A stretch of 64,000 bases of DNA, taken from assembly GCA_030248215.1 (NCBI GenBank), contig JASANG010001649.1:62001-126000 (forward strand), written 5' to 3'. Source of the stretch: Enoplolaimus lenunculus. Taxonomy: Eukaryota. Positions 27,001 through 39,800 of the stretch are shown one piece after another (the stretch's first letter is position 1; every line of letters starts with the position of its first letter). The notes below the pieces were generated by a model that was given only the letters and a program-made list of their open reading frames with translations, made no database searches and was not told the origin of the DNA. A program made the position numbers and the translations under genes.

Positions 27001-27950
27001 TTTTCAAAAGACATAGCTAGTAAAATGTTTTTATTCCAGCATGTGTCAAACCAGCTCAAGCACATTTCGTGGATTCAATTTAGTATTATACTCAAACAGA
27101 TGAGAAGTAGACCAGGGATCGAGGGGACAGGACTACGTTTTTAACGCCTCGCTGTTTGGAATTGAAATTTTTGAAATATTTTTACCCAACCTTAGATTGT
27201 ACAAACATGCTGCGCCACTGATTCGAACTTAGACCATAGTTGAGTATTTTGTGTCAATTGCTGTTCTACGCTGTTTCTCTGTTTTAGACACAACAGTATA
27301 AGCACGCTTTAAAGTTTCGAACTCACCTTTATTTGGCCCTGGAGTTATTTATGCGCTACAATTAGGGATAATAGACTTTTATGGACTCTAACAAGAGTTT
27401 AAGGACTCTACCCGCTTACGGACTCTTATTAGGGATACGGACTCCTATTAATTGGGACTCGAAATGGGGACTCCCCCTTTTATTTGGGTCACTATATCGG
27501 TCATTACAGACACACATCGTTCGTTTCACTGCTACGCTTGTTATAAAATTGAAAACGCTGTCGCGTTTCAATGATAGAAAGGTATAATGAACATATATGT
27601 ACATTTTATGACATTTTTATAACCTCAATTACTCCAATGTTACAGCTAAATAAGCAATTAAGTGCTAAGCGAGTTTAGTATTTTTTCTGCACTCCAAAGG
27701 TTTCGGATCTTGTACACTTTTCGCCAACATTAGAGATATGTTTTTAATACGAGACTGAGAAAAACGTTTACCTATGGGTAAGCTTTTTGCTGAAAATTTG
27801 TCTTAACTTTTGGTGTAAACCAAAGCTATAAACATTAATGTGAAGGAAAGTACACAAGAATTGTTTTATTTTACACTACAGCAGCTGCAGGGCACAACCG
27901 TTCCGGTAGAATTTTTGCTAGACGTTTCGACTATTTCAGCTGTAAAGCTA

Positions 27951-29333
27951 CTGTAGTGACCCGAATAAGAGGGGGGCTGATATTTATTTGGCCTCTCCAG
28001 AGGGTACCCCCCTTGTTATTCGGTTACGGACTGTTATATATTTTCAACCAACGCTCCGCCGCCCTTCGTTACTGATTGAGCGAAGCTCGGAGTTTCGCGA
28101 TGCGTTTTATGTTTTGTACTTGGGGGTCGAAAGGTGGATGTCCGTCCGTCCGAAAAGAATCTCAGGAACGGCTGAACCGATTTTCATAAACTTTTTTTGT
28201 TTGAAAGCCAATTATCCTGGGGTGTTAACCTCGCATTGGGGTTTGAAAATTTTATGCCGTTTATTAGCTACAGGGTAATTTGCATAATTAATTAAGCCTA
28301 AATTAGGACTTTCCACAATATTTCACTAATTATTACAGTTAGAAGCCATCTAATTTTAGCATTGAAGGGTTTTGGGTGCGAGGAATCTGCGTGAACTGTT
28401 TACAAATCTCCAAAACGGATAATTGAGCAGTTAGCTAATAGATAATATGCATATTAGCATAGTTTATAACCCTAAATTAGGACTTTTTACAATATTTCAC
28501 TAATTATTAAGGTTAAAAGCAATATAAATTCAGAACTAAAGGGTTTTTAGGTGCGAGGAATTTGAATAAATTGTTTACAAACCTCCATAACCGATAATTG
28601 AATAGTTAGCTGATAGCTAATTTGCATATTAACTTAATTGACCAGGCAAAATTAGGACTTTTTAAATTATTTCAACAATTATTAAGGTTAAAAGCAATAT
28701 AATTTCAGCACTAAAGGGTTTTCGGGTGCGAGGAATCTGAATAAATTGTCTACAAACCTTTAAAGGAGATTATCGAATAGTTTAGCTAATAGCTAATTTG
28801 CATATTTGCTTAATTGACGAGACAAAATTAGGACTTTTTGAATTATTCCAATAATTATTACGGTGGCTGAAAGGTTTTTGCGTGCGAGGAATCTGAGGAA
28901 ATTCCTTACAAACCTCCAAAACCGATAAATGGTTAGCTAATAACTAATTTGCATATTATCTTAATTGCTTACGTGTGTTCGAGCTTCGCTCAATAAATGT
29001 AGTCCCACTACGACTGGTATATATCCGGTACTGCAATTATCCGTTGAATTAAACGTTTATTTGTTTTGCGTCAATAGCTTGAGTAATAATACAAGGTTAT
29101 ACTTAGGAATGTACTTTTACAATTTAAGTACGCTTTAAAGTTTCGAACTCAACTTATTTGGTCCTGGAATCATTTATCCGCTACAATTAGGGTTAACTGA
29201 TATTTATGGACTCTATTTAGGGTTTAGGGACTCTACCCGCTTACGGACTGCAATTAGGGATACAGACTCCTATTGATTCGGACTCAAAATGCGGACCCCC
29301 TCTTATTTCCCCCTCTTATTCGGGTCAATACAG
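27951..29333. mobile_element. Tc1/mariner-type MITE (TA TSD) carrying the Helitron insertion
   Basis: TA-CTGTAGTGACCCGAATAAGAGGGG ... CCCCTCTTATTCGGGTCAATACAG-TA. Partial copies lie at ~18465-18705 and ~27295-27495. Confidence 0.78.
28076..29017 (+). mobile_element. Non-autonomous Helitron-type element, copy B, nested in a TA-MITE
   Basis: Same termini as copy A, with four internal ~175-bp repeats. The empty site actga|tatatatccg is seen in the sister MITE near 30130. Confidence 0.82.
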
Positions 29334-29588
29334 TAATCGTATTTACTATGAAAGCTATGTTAGTGACTTTGAGGCACTTTTCAAACCTATAATTGCGGAG
29401 AGTTCTCAAAAAAGCTTAAAACAATTATTTTACGGTTACAATACGCCTGCTTTACACCGGTCACTTTTTCATAACAATAGTTGACTAAAGAAAAATATGA
29501 CGCGTAAATTATAATAATAGTCACTAGTTTAGCGTGATGCTACTGTAGATATCGATTGAGTTTCTTATCCAGCTTGGCGCATCCAGCT

Positions 29589-30008
29589 CAGAGTGGGACA
29601 TTACCTGCGGGTAAACGCAGGTCGGGTAAAAAATTTCAGGCGCGGGAAGATCCGCGCTAAAATTCACAGTTTTTACCCTCGCAAACTTTTAAGTTTTCAG
29701 GTGGAAAAGTTGCGCTATAGTCTGTTTTATTTATGGTCATGTGCGGACTGTGCTTTATTTAGCTGGGTTTGAAATTTTGTTGCTGTAGTAAAATTTCATT
29801 TGTAAAATTCATATAAGCTATATCACAAATGTTCATTCAAGCGCGAATCACCAACGATCTTTAAAATACTGGTTTGACTTCAGGCGGGGGTAGAAAGGTG
29901 GCTTGTGGGTAGATCTTTTTTGCGCAGGTATACCGGCGGGTAAAAAAATCTTGTTTGCGTTAGTAAAGCGCGGGTCGGTAAAATATTTTTTAACCACTTC
30001 CCACTCTG
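29589..30008. mobile_element. hAT-type MITE with perfect 8-bp TSD
   Basis: ATCCAGCT-CAGAGTGGGA...TCCCACTCTG-ATCCAGCT, with subterminal GCGGGTAAA repeats. Confidence 0.85.
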
Positions 30009-30018
30009 ATCCAGCTTA

Positions 30019-30674
30019 CTGTACTGACCCGAATAAGAGGGTGGACTGATATTTATTTCGCCTCTCCAGAGGGAACTCCCTCTGTTATTCAGTTACGGAC
30101 GGTGTTAATTATTAACCTTTCTTTCGTTACTGATATATATCCGTTATTGCAACTATCCTATAAGGTTGGTACTCCAGACTAAGGTCTGCTATCCATCCTA
30201 GGCGGATACCAGTTTATGATTTGATTGAGATTTGCTACCGCGTCTAGTTATATGCTACTCCGCTCAGCCATGTTCATGAGGGGGTTATCCATCACAAACC
30301 AGCAGTGCACATGCACTTCTTGCGCAGCTATTAAAACCAGACCCGAAAATACAAGCCTACGAAAATTCCATGGACCGCTACTCAGCCTGCTATCGCGCTA
30401 AATACAGATTGCCAAACAAACAAAAAGAACCAAGACCAGGAGAAAAAAGTGTTGACCATACCTCAACCAATGACACAAGCCACTCGTTAAGGTAGGGTTA
30501 ACGGAAACTTTTTATCGAGGTAGGGTCAACGACAACTCGTTGACACTATTATAGGACACATTTTGTGGCTTGTCCGAATTTAAACTCTATCCGCTTACGG
30601 ACTCGTATTACGGACACGGACGCCTATTGATTGGGACTCAAAATGAGGACCCCCTCTTATTCGGATAACTATAG
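30019..30674. mobile_element. Second copy of the TA-MITE, with a different ~400-bp interior
   Basis: TA-CTGTACTGACCCGAATAAGAGGG ... CCCCTCTTATTCGGATAACTATAG-TA. Confidence 0.7.
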
Positions 30675-30842
30675 TATCTGAGAACACCCACAATTTAACT
30701 ATTAAATTTACCTCCAAAATTTTAAGTAAATCACTGCAATTGGCAATTGAATAAGAGCACGTACAGTAATTAACAAAATAAATTATTCTCAATGGATCGG
30801 AATCATCACATAAAAAGTAGTATTCAAATTTTGCAAAACAAC

Positions 30843-33800
30843 TTATTCGTTTTCAACATTATCTTCTGTTGCTTGCGCAGTTAGAACCACCTCTGTTAGC
30901 GTCGGAGAAAATTTTCTAAAACAAAATAAAATGAATTTTAATCCTTTCCCGCATAAATATTTTTTAGTTTATATTAGAGCTATTATATTCAAGGTAGAAT
31001 TCGAACCGCAGCCTCTTTCAAGTAGAACGCGTCCATAATCAACCCTCATAAGAACTCGACGCTCGAATTCCAGAAGCTGTCACATCGTGGCGATTTTGCA
31101 CTGTGCACACGTGCATGGATTGTTAAACATTGCAAACTGTATACACATTGCGTGTATACACTTTGCGCTTACTTGATCTTAGACTATATGCTAGCGAAAA
31201 ACAACTAAACTTCTAATGTCGCAATTATTTGAAATACTATAGTCAAGCCCGTAGCCAGAAGAGTCCAGAGTGGCTCAGCATAACCTGAAGTAATTTTGCC
31301 CCCCCCCCTTCCGAAATATTCAACATTGCTCGTAACATCAAAATCCCTTGCGTATGTCCCTCCTTAAATATTTTTAGTTCCACATAGCAAAGCAAGCTGG
31401 CTACGGGACAGCTGTAGATCACATCTATCTCTATATTTTGGCTAATTTTGGATCATGTTTTGACACAGATACGATCACATGTGTTTGACCAAATCAGCTT
31501 AAAAATCAGTTTAACACGTGTTGCTGTCAGAAAAAAATTTGAAAATATTTTGCGACGAATATAAAACGGTACTGACGTAAATTAAATTAAAACTTGATTT
31601 CTGTAAAAGGGCGTATCTTCTCCTAAAATTGAAATATTAGTTAATATTTATAGCAGTGTGACATTTAAAATTTTTTGATAGACTCTGTGTAATATAGTGC
31701 AGAAAACAGATGATTGAAGAGATCTTCTGATTTATACCTATTATGTGCAACAAATTTTGTAATTTTTATCAAAATGTCATAGCTATTAAGCATATGTGAA
31801 GTCATACCATTACGTTTTAGTCAAAAGTGTTCGCGAGCAAAGAACAGTAATAGAATAAAGCAGCGGTGGCGACTCAAAAAAGGTACCTTTGCCTGGTGAA
31901 TATGTTATATTATAAAATTATATCGAATGCAAATTCTCAGAAGCTAAAACTTATGTGGGATTCACGTTATAACCAAGCCAGGCAGTTCACGATTTGTTTC
32001 ATGTTGATTCGACGTCGACTTTAAAATTCGGGCTTTCATGTCGGTTTAACAGGCAAAACTTGAATATTATGTGAAATTAGCATACAAATAACCGCTCTCA
32101 AATGTTCAGTGTGTACAAGAGTCGGTATGTTACGTGATAATGTGGAACATTTAGGCGCATATTTCAAATTACAACCAATGTCATGTGATAGTCAGCGGTA
32201 CTGTAGTCGGACGCCAGAGGCTAGGTGTGCTCTAAAATACCGACCCCAACGCGGCAAATTTGTTTTTGACCCAAAGTCACTCAGAACTACGGCGTCATAA
32301 AAATTCAAAATTTTAAATTTCAAACTCTAGTATATCATACATTCAACAGAACAATTATTGTGCTGTTACCTCACGTTTGCTTACAGATCATTGACAATTC
32401 ATCATATTTTAATGTTCACATATAATACCTCGGATATCATATATTGAAGCACAAAAGGTAACCTACACATGATGGCAGGAGACAAATACGACTTTTACTG
32501 TATGATATGCAGTTTGTAAGCCGACAAAATGTTACCTAATAGTCTAATAGGAACAAAACCTGTCCCAAACTGCCCCGGTTATAACGTGAATCCCGCATTA
32601 GTTATATCTACACATAGCTCCTGACAGCTAATTACAAATGACAATCTCATTTATGAATCGTTAAAACCATTGATTTAAAACCAACGCTGAGTGAGCATAA
32701 ATGTAAAGGTGAAAACAACCGTTGGGATGAAATCAGCAGTTTGGATGAAACTATTAACCGTTGAACCGCATTCAGCCAGCAACAATGAATTCTTTATATA
32801 GAGTGCAAAAGATTTATGAGGTAGCAGGAAAAATGTTCTTCACATAGAATTCATTCGAAACAACTGTAGCAACTCGTCCTCTCTCGTCTCTCTTTCGTGA
32901 TATCTCAGGCTTTTAGCCAACCGAAATTTACCGCAGTTACGTCAATTAGTCAAATTTGACTAACCTGTCACCACACAAAAACACATTCGATCTGTTCTGC
33001 TCCGTGTCATGAATTTCAATTTTGTTTATAGTCCAATCGCCAATTATTTTATCTGTGTTCAGTTGAATTGAATCAATTGTTCCAACAGATATGCATTCAA
33101 ATTCAAAAGTATCGACCTGAAATTAGGTTTTGTACCCTTGAGATATTTAACTTGGATTAGTAGTTTAGTATATAGTAGCAAGCAGGATGCAATCGGCGGA
33201 AATTGATGGTCTTTGAAACGCAATATTTGTTCAAAATAAAGTTTTGTTTTTGACGCAATTTGCTTACCGCTTCAGGTAGAAACGACGGCGGTTCACCATT
33301 TGATGTCACTGTGAGCAATCGAGCTCCAGAATCACCCAATTGTCCAATCAGGGTTATCGAAGGTTTTACTGTTAGTTCGGAATTCGAAGCTTGGTCTGTG
33401 TGAATTGATATTTGGTAAACGATAGCTGAAACGGTAAAAAAACTAGTATAGTTCGCGTATAAAGCCCGGATATCTAAGATCTGTCGCCATATTATTAAAT
33501 GGCTATGAGCGTTTACCACCATTTGGCGATTCAGTATTAAACAAGCGAACAGGAAGAATGAAAAATGAAAATAACTTAATTATAGAAGATTGACCAATGG
33601 AAGACAGGAAGAATGGAGGAACTCGGAGACTGAAAAGCTTAGGCTTGTCTTAGGCTTAGGCAAAGGTTTAGCTCTAGGTTTAGCGTGTAGACTTTGTAGG
33701 CATGCTCCAAAAGTTAACATGGACCGGAAAAAGATTTGAGTGTGAATAGGAAATGTTTTAAGGTATCACACAAATAATAGCCACATATTTCAATACAGAT

Positions 33801-36800
33801 TAAAGTGCGTGAATTTGAATTCACGGCACTTGGGCTAATTTGAGACTTGATTTCAAATTTAAGCAATTAACCAAGAACGATACCGTTATTGTTTGACCTA
33901 CTTGGCAATGGTGGAACATCAGGCCAAATTGCTGCAAGTTCTAGTATTCCAAATGGGCACGTTTCGTCTGGAGGTTGAAGCCAAGTGTCCGGAAAGACTC
34001 GAAATTCTTCACCGGTACCAACATTAAGAAGCTTGACCTAAAATGAATATCGTTTGCCAGAAAATATTACGATGATAACGGGTTTTTGGCTATGGAATGT
34101 CAATTATTTCATACAGTGTATAAAATCGATTGAAGTATACCATATGACGTTCTCCGCTGAGTAATATTTACTATTAAAATACGATTAAGCCACACTGTAA
34201 ATTTCAGCGAGTTGATGTTAACTCAGAATGAGTTGAATTACTCAGACTGACTTAGGACTTTCAGAACTCAGAATTCTGAGTTGATTCAATTCATTCTGAG
34301 TTAATTAGTCAACTCACCCAGAGTCAACTCAATTCAGAGTGAAAATCAACTCAACTCAGAGTGAGTTTAATGTTTACTGATATTAATTCAGAAATAACCA
34401 ACTCGTTAGCTGAATTGATACATCAACTCATTGGAATTTACAGTGTACAAAACGTCACGCCTGGCATTCAGTCATTTAAAGCCAAACTTGTATCTTGGCA
34501 AAAAACATACACAACCTATGCACGTATTTTGCCATATAAACCAAACCTTTTTAATGAACCAAGATTGATTCGAGCCTGATTCTGTGTCAATTTCGAGTCG
34601 AATTTTAATCAACCTTCCAATGTAAGTTGTAGAAATCTGTAAAATAATTATGATAAGTTCAGTTTTAAACAAAACTAATTTCATAGAGGCAAAAGTTGTT
34701 TATTCGAGTTTATATAACACGTCCGTAATTAATACTGCACCTGTAGTTTTCACAACTTACCTTTTTATTGTGTTGTAAAGGTTAGAAATAGGTTAAATAA
34801 TTATTCCTCCATCATTTGCAATCGATGCTTTTTTAGATGTTGGAAGCATAAATGTGTGCGAGTTCAATATTTACGGCTGATTAGAGTTGACGTGACGACG
34901 AAAACTATCTTTACCATCCATGATCGGAAACGTTCATTAACGGAAGTCCAATAATTTGAACCGTCGTTATTGGATTATACTCTGAATTCGATCATTATTA
35001 CTTGACAACATGAACGAATAGCATCTAATATTCACGAAGTATTAATATTGCTATCTGTTATATTCTAATTAACCTCTAGTTTATTTTTAAGCCGAATACT
35101 GTATATTCCTTAGAAGAAAGCTGCATAAAACCAGCCCAAACTGTGTTGTACGCATAAGTTTTTACCAACACCACATTACCTCAAATTCATGACAATACCC
35201 AGGATCAGTGTTATTTTTGATATCTGGAACTTCGTGTTTCTCTGAGCGTCCCTTATCACCGAACAACGTAATCAGCGTACGACAGTCGGTGCCAGCATTC
35301 GAATCGTCTCCAGTTGTGATTGCACATCGCCAAATTGGAGCGATGCTGTCGTCGTTTGAGTCAGATGGCTGCGAAGACAATCTGGTTGATAAGCCTTCCA
35401 TATCTAAGCAAAGTATGAGTGATGACTAATTTGAACAGAATATTAGGCAAACCAGATAGTAACCAGCTTAATACGGAGCGAACAAAATTTCTGGAGCATC
35501 ATGCGAAGGTTTGACATGAACTACATCCGGTGCTAAAAGTTTTATAGCGGTTCAAAATTTTTCTAAGACAGATATTCCCCTGTCCTCCAATGGCAACTGT
35601 ATTAAAGTATACAAACTGTGGATTTCATTACATCGATCTACTGGCTGACATATATACAACGCTATGCAACAACGAAACGTTAATATATGAGATATATTGG
35701 GAATTTGTACTATTTTAGCAGTACTGGACACCCAAATTTTTGGCTCTTGTACGCTGGTGTTCACAGCTGAATTTTCAGATTTTGGCATAACTTTACTCTT
35801 AAGATTATGCTCAAGGTATATCTTATGCATGTGACGAAAAATGTACAAGTGCCACAGCGCGCGTTTGTTATGCATTTCCAATCTCCGCTGACTGCGTGTC
35901 TGCAATTAAATTATGCCTTAACAGCAGTAATGGTGAACAGACCTGATTTGTGCTTTGGTTTTTGGCAGCAGTCATTCGCTATTTGATTTACGTTTCACAC
36001 TTAAGATGTGTTATAATCAAAACGTTTATATTCTTCACAGGTACCAATTGGCCCGAAAAAAGTACAAAATAAAACCTGTGCTGTTTAATTTCTGTGGCTT
36101 ACCTTATTTATACAGGTTTTGTGTATGTTTAGCGTATGCTGCTTTTCGGTAGGCTAAGTAATCCATACAGGACATGCCTACACCGTCTCTGTACCCCTTT
36201 CAGGAGCTGCTTGTTTAATTTACATGTGTGAGTCTTTTCCAATCTTTTTTTGGCAGTCGCAAGTCTAAGCTGTAATCCAATCCGCAACTGCGCGATTGGT
36301 GTGACCATCCCAGTCCGTTACCCTTTATTATTTTCAAAGCATCACATTTTCGTCAAAATGTTATCACATGGTCAAATTAGTCGTAATGCAATTTTAGTTT
36401 ACTTTACGCCTTGAACGTTGAAAAATTTCGACTTTCAAGTTCGTCACAAACTACCTTTAAGCAACAGCTGCTTTCGAACGAATCCAGTCGCTTCTGCGTC
36501 AACTACTCGACTTTCGCTGAACACAAATCGGTATGGAGCATGCTCGGTCTCACGAACTGATATACTGTGCAAAACCCAGTCCGCAGCTGAAAAATATATT
36601 TTTTGAAGTAAATATTTCACCCGTTAAGTGCGTCGGCCCATGTAAAGATTAGGGGCGGAACGTTTTTCTGTGGGACTATACTAGAGTAAGCTTAAGGCTT
36701 AGACTAATTTTTTTGGCTGGCTTAGGCATTTACTAGAGTAAGCTTAAGGTTTAGACCAATTTTTTTGGCTGGCTTTGGTATTAGACTTTGGCTTAGACTT

Positions 36801-39800
36801 ATGAATATGCTCATTCTTACGCTTAGGCTTTGGCTTAGGCTTTAGGTTTAGGAACATGATTATAATACTATTCCGCACCTATTATTTACATCGGCCAGTA
36901 TGTCTAACGTATCTGATGACTTTCGCTTACACCAATACCTAAAACCCATTCACACATGCAATGTTTTGCAAGGAGAACTTGCAACTACAACTTGCAAGTG
37001 AATGTTTTTGGAATGTTGCAACTGCAACGTGTACGTGGAAGTTTTCGCTGTGAGAACTCGCGACTAGAACTTCTAGTTGTAAGTTTTTGTTACAAAACTG
37101 GCACCTGCAACTTCCAGCTGCATGTTTTAGATGCAACAACTTGCACGTATGATTGGGGCCAAGGTTATCTGCCTATCTACGCGCAAGGATAAGTCACAAC
37201 ATAAACATACTCTGATTAATATTCCATTCAGGCTACTGGGTTTTGCAGGTGTCATGAGTCGATAATGAAAACAAAAACAGCTTAAGGGTCTTGAGTTATA
37301 ATGCAGAATTTCCAAAAATTTGCTTAGTTTGGAAAACCCGTTCGACTATTACCAACTCTTGTAAACTTCTACTTTGAAAAACAATACCCCTCGAATAATA
37401 ATAGATGGTTTTCAGGCTTTGTTATTAATCCTCTCATCATAGAGTATGCTAAGGACTAACAAAGAATATACGAGCAATGCAGACACTGAGCAATGTTTAA
37501 CAACTCTAACATATATGCGAAGTGCAGAATCTCAACAAGACATGAGCTCGGGCTCGAGCGTCCGCAGCCCCTATAGCTCAGTGATTTAATAATAATTTAC
37601 CAGCAACGGCAGGCACATCATTCTTGTCATAAACATCTTGCAATGCTTTGAATCCTTCTGAAAACACTTGACCTATAAAATATGGATCAAAGATATAAAC
37701 GTGATAACACTATAAACATAGGGTCGTGTTACTTTTAGGGCCGTCCCTTTTTCTGGTAGTACAGTATTGAAAGAGTAGAATTAGATTTTACACCACATTT
37801 TTGCTTAGGCTTAGGCTTAAGTTTTTTCAACGCTTAGGCTTAAGTTTAGACCTTAAAATATGCTTAATATAGGTTACAGCCCTAAAAATAACATTGCCGA
37901 AACTTAAAACAAATAAAATTTTAGGATCTGCTATGCTGCTAAAGTAATTGTCTAATCTGAAAAACTGACACTAAATATAATAAATTTATTTTTCACCACT
38001 TGTGAAATAAAACTGCCAATTGACAAATCTCAAGTAATTTTCAAATTCACACACTTCAGGTCCATGAAATAGAAAGAAATACAAATTATAATTAAAATTT
38101 TTTGTACGGAAGATGTAAAAAAATCAGGGTCCGAAAGTTTTCTGTCTGACTGCCATTGAGAAAGCTTAAGCTTTAGATATATTTTTGCTTAGGCTTAGGC
38201 TTAGGCTTCGGTTAAAGCTCATTCATACGCTTCAGACTTAGGCATAGGCTAGGTTAAGGAACCTTTTTATACTACTGTTACGGCCGTTATACACATTAAC
38301 TCTATTTCCTAATACCCTGAAATGTAAAACTTACCTCTATCGTCAGCCGGAATAGTAACTGTAACAAACAACAACCGTCCAAGTGAAACAGCTTCAATAC
38401 GAAAGACAATTTCCTAGAAAGTAATTGTTTTCATTTCCTAAAAAGTTAATTTTCCTAAAAAATTGCAATTAACTCACAGCGAGCTGAACGTAAACTTGGT
38501 CCAAAATATTCACGATAAATAATACTATTAGCGGATCGAGCACATCTTTAGGTGACTTAAAATTGTTTTTCAGATCTCAGCCCTCATCATTGTGCATGGC
38601 TCGGGCATCAACAAACCGCTGCAAAATACAAATTTTAATAATGCCCCTTTGTGTAAAATACAATCATGATTGTAGCCATTATTTTGAAAAGGGGGTTAAG
38701 TTCTGTAGAAATTTCAACCAATGTATGGAATAGGGTCGTAACAGTAGTATAAGTATGTTCCTAAGCCTAAAACCTAAACCTAAGCGTAAGAATAAGCTTA
38801 AACCGATGCCTAAGCGAAAAAAACCAGTAGGCTACGCTTTCAACTGAATACATCGAAAAATTAATTAGTTGTGCGTTCCGCTAACCCCGTCGATAACTTC
38901 ATTTTCGTCCAATCGGACTTTCTGAACGCCGCTGTCTCCAAATTCGCCACTCAAGCTAATTTCAGCATTTAGTGGTTGTCGTATGCCATCCAGCCGCTCG
39001 CTAGTTCGAGCGATAAAAATGTAATTATAGACTAAAAATAGCAAATTTCAACTAAAAATAAAAAATACCTGAGCTTAACATGGGACAGAAAATATTTCAA
39101 TTTGGCACAAAAACGTGATTTAACCCAAGCAAAAGTTGAGCCAAAATCAAGTAAAACGCAAGATTGAAGTTCAGTCTAAGTCGAGCTATTTTACTAGTAT
39201 AGTTTTAGGCGAATTTCACGAATCAGATATCTAGATATCGCATCAAAGACACTTAACTTTGAAACTGACCTGGCAAAGGTTCCGTGCCCATACGAATAAT
39301 TGGCAACTCTCGAAACGTTTGTGGTCGAGTTTCGTCCGCCTCAGTTGCGTTGAATTCAACACCAAGCAGTTCGGAGTTGTACGAACTTGAGAGCCATTTT
39401 GAACAATTTAACCAAATTCGCTCACCGTTATCCAAATCTACCATTTCGATCTGTTAACAAAATTATAGCATAATTGAAACTGCAAATTTATTCTCGACTA
39501 GGTTCCAATATTCGTTAGGAACATCGGTTTTAAGTCGCCTCTTTGATGTCCGAGTTTAAAATGTATGCAACAAGGTAAATATGGAGGTATATCCGCTCTG
39601 ACATTGCTGGAGAAACGAGAAAAGAAAATTTTACAGCTTTAGAACGGCCTGCTGAATCCTTGAGTTAATAATTTTTCTCAATGGCTACTCTTGCTCGATA
39701 AACTCTGTAAGAGGTTATAGCACCCAGACGTTAAATTCTGACCATACTCGTGCTCTGACTACTGCAAAGATAAAAATGACAATTTATACGTTAACACATC

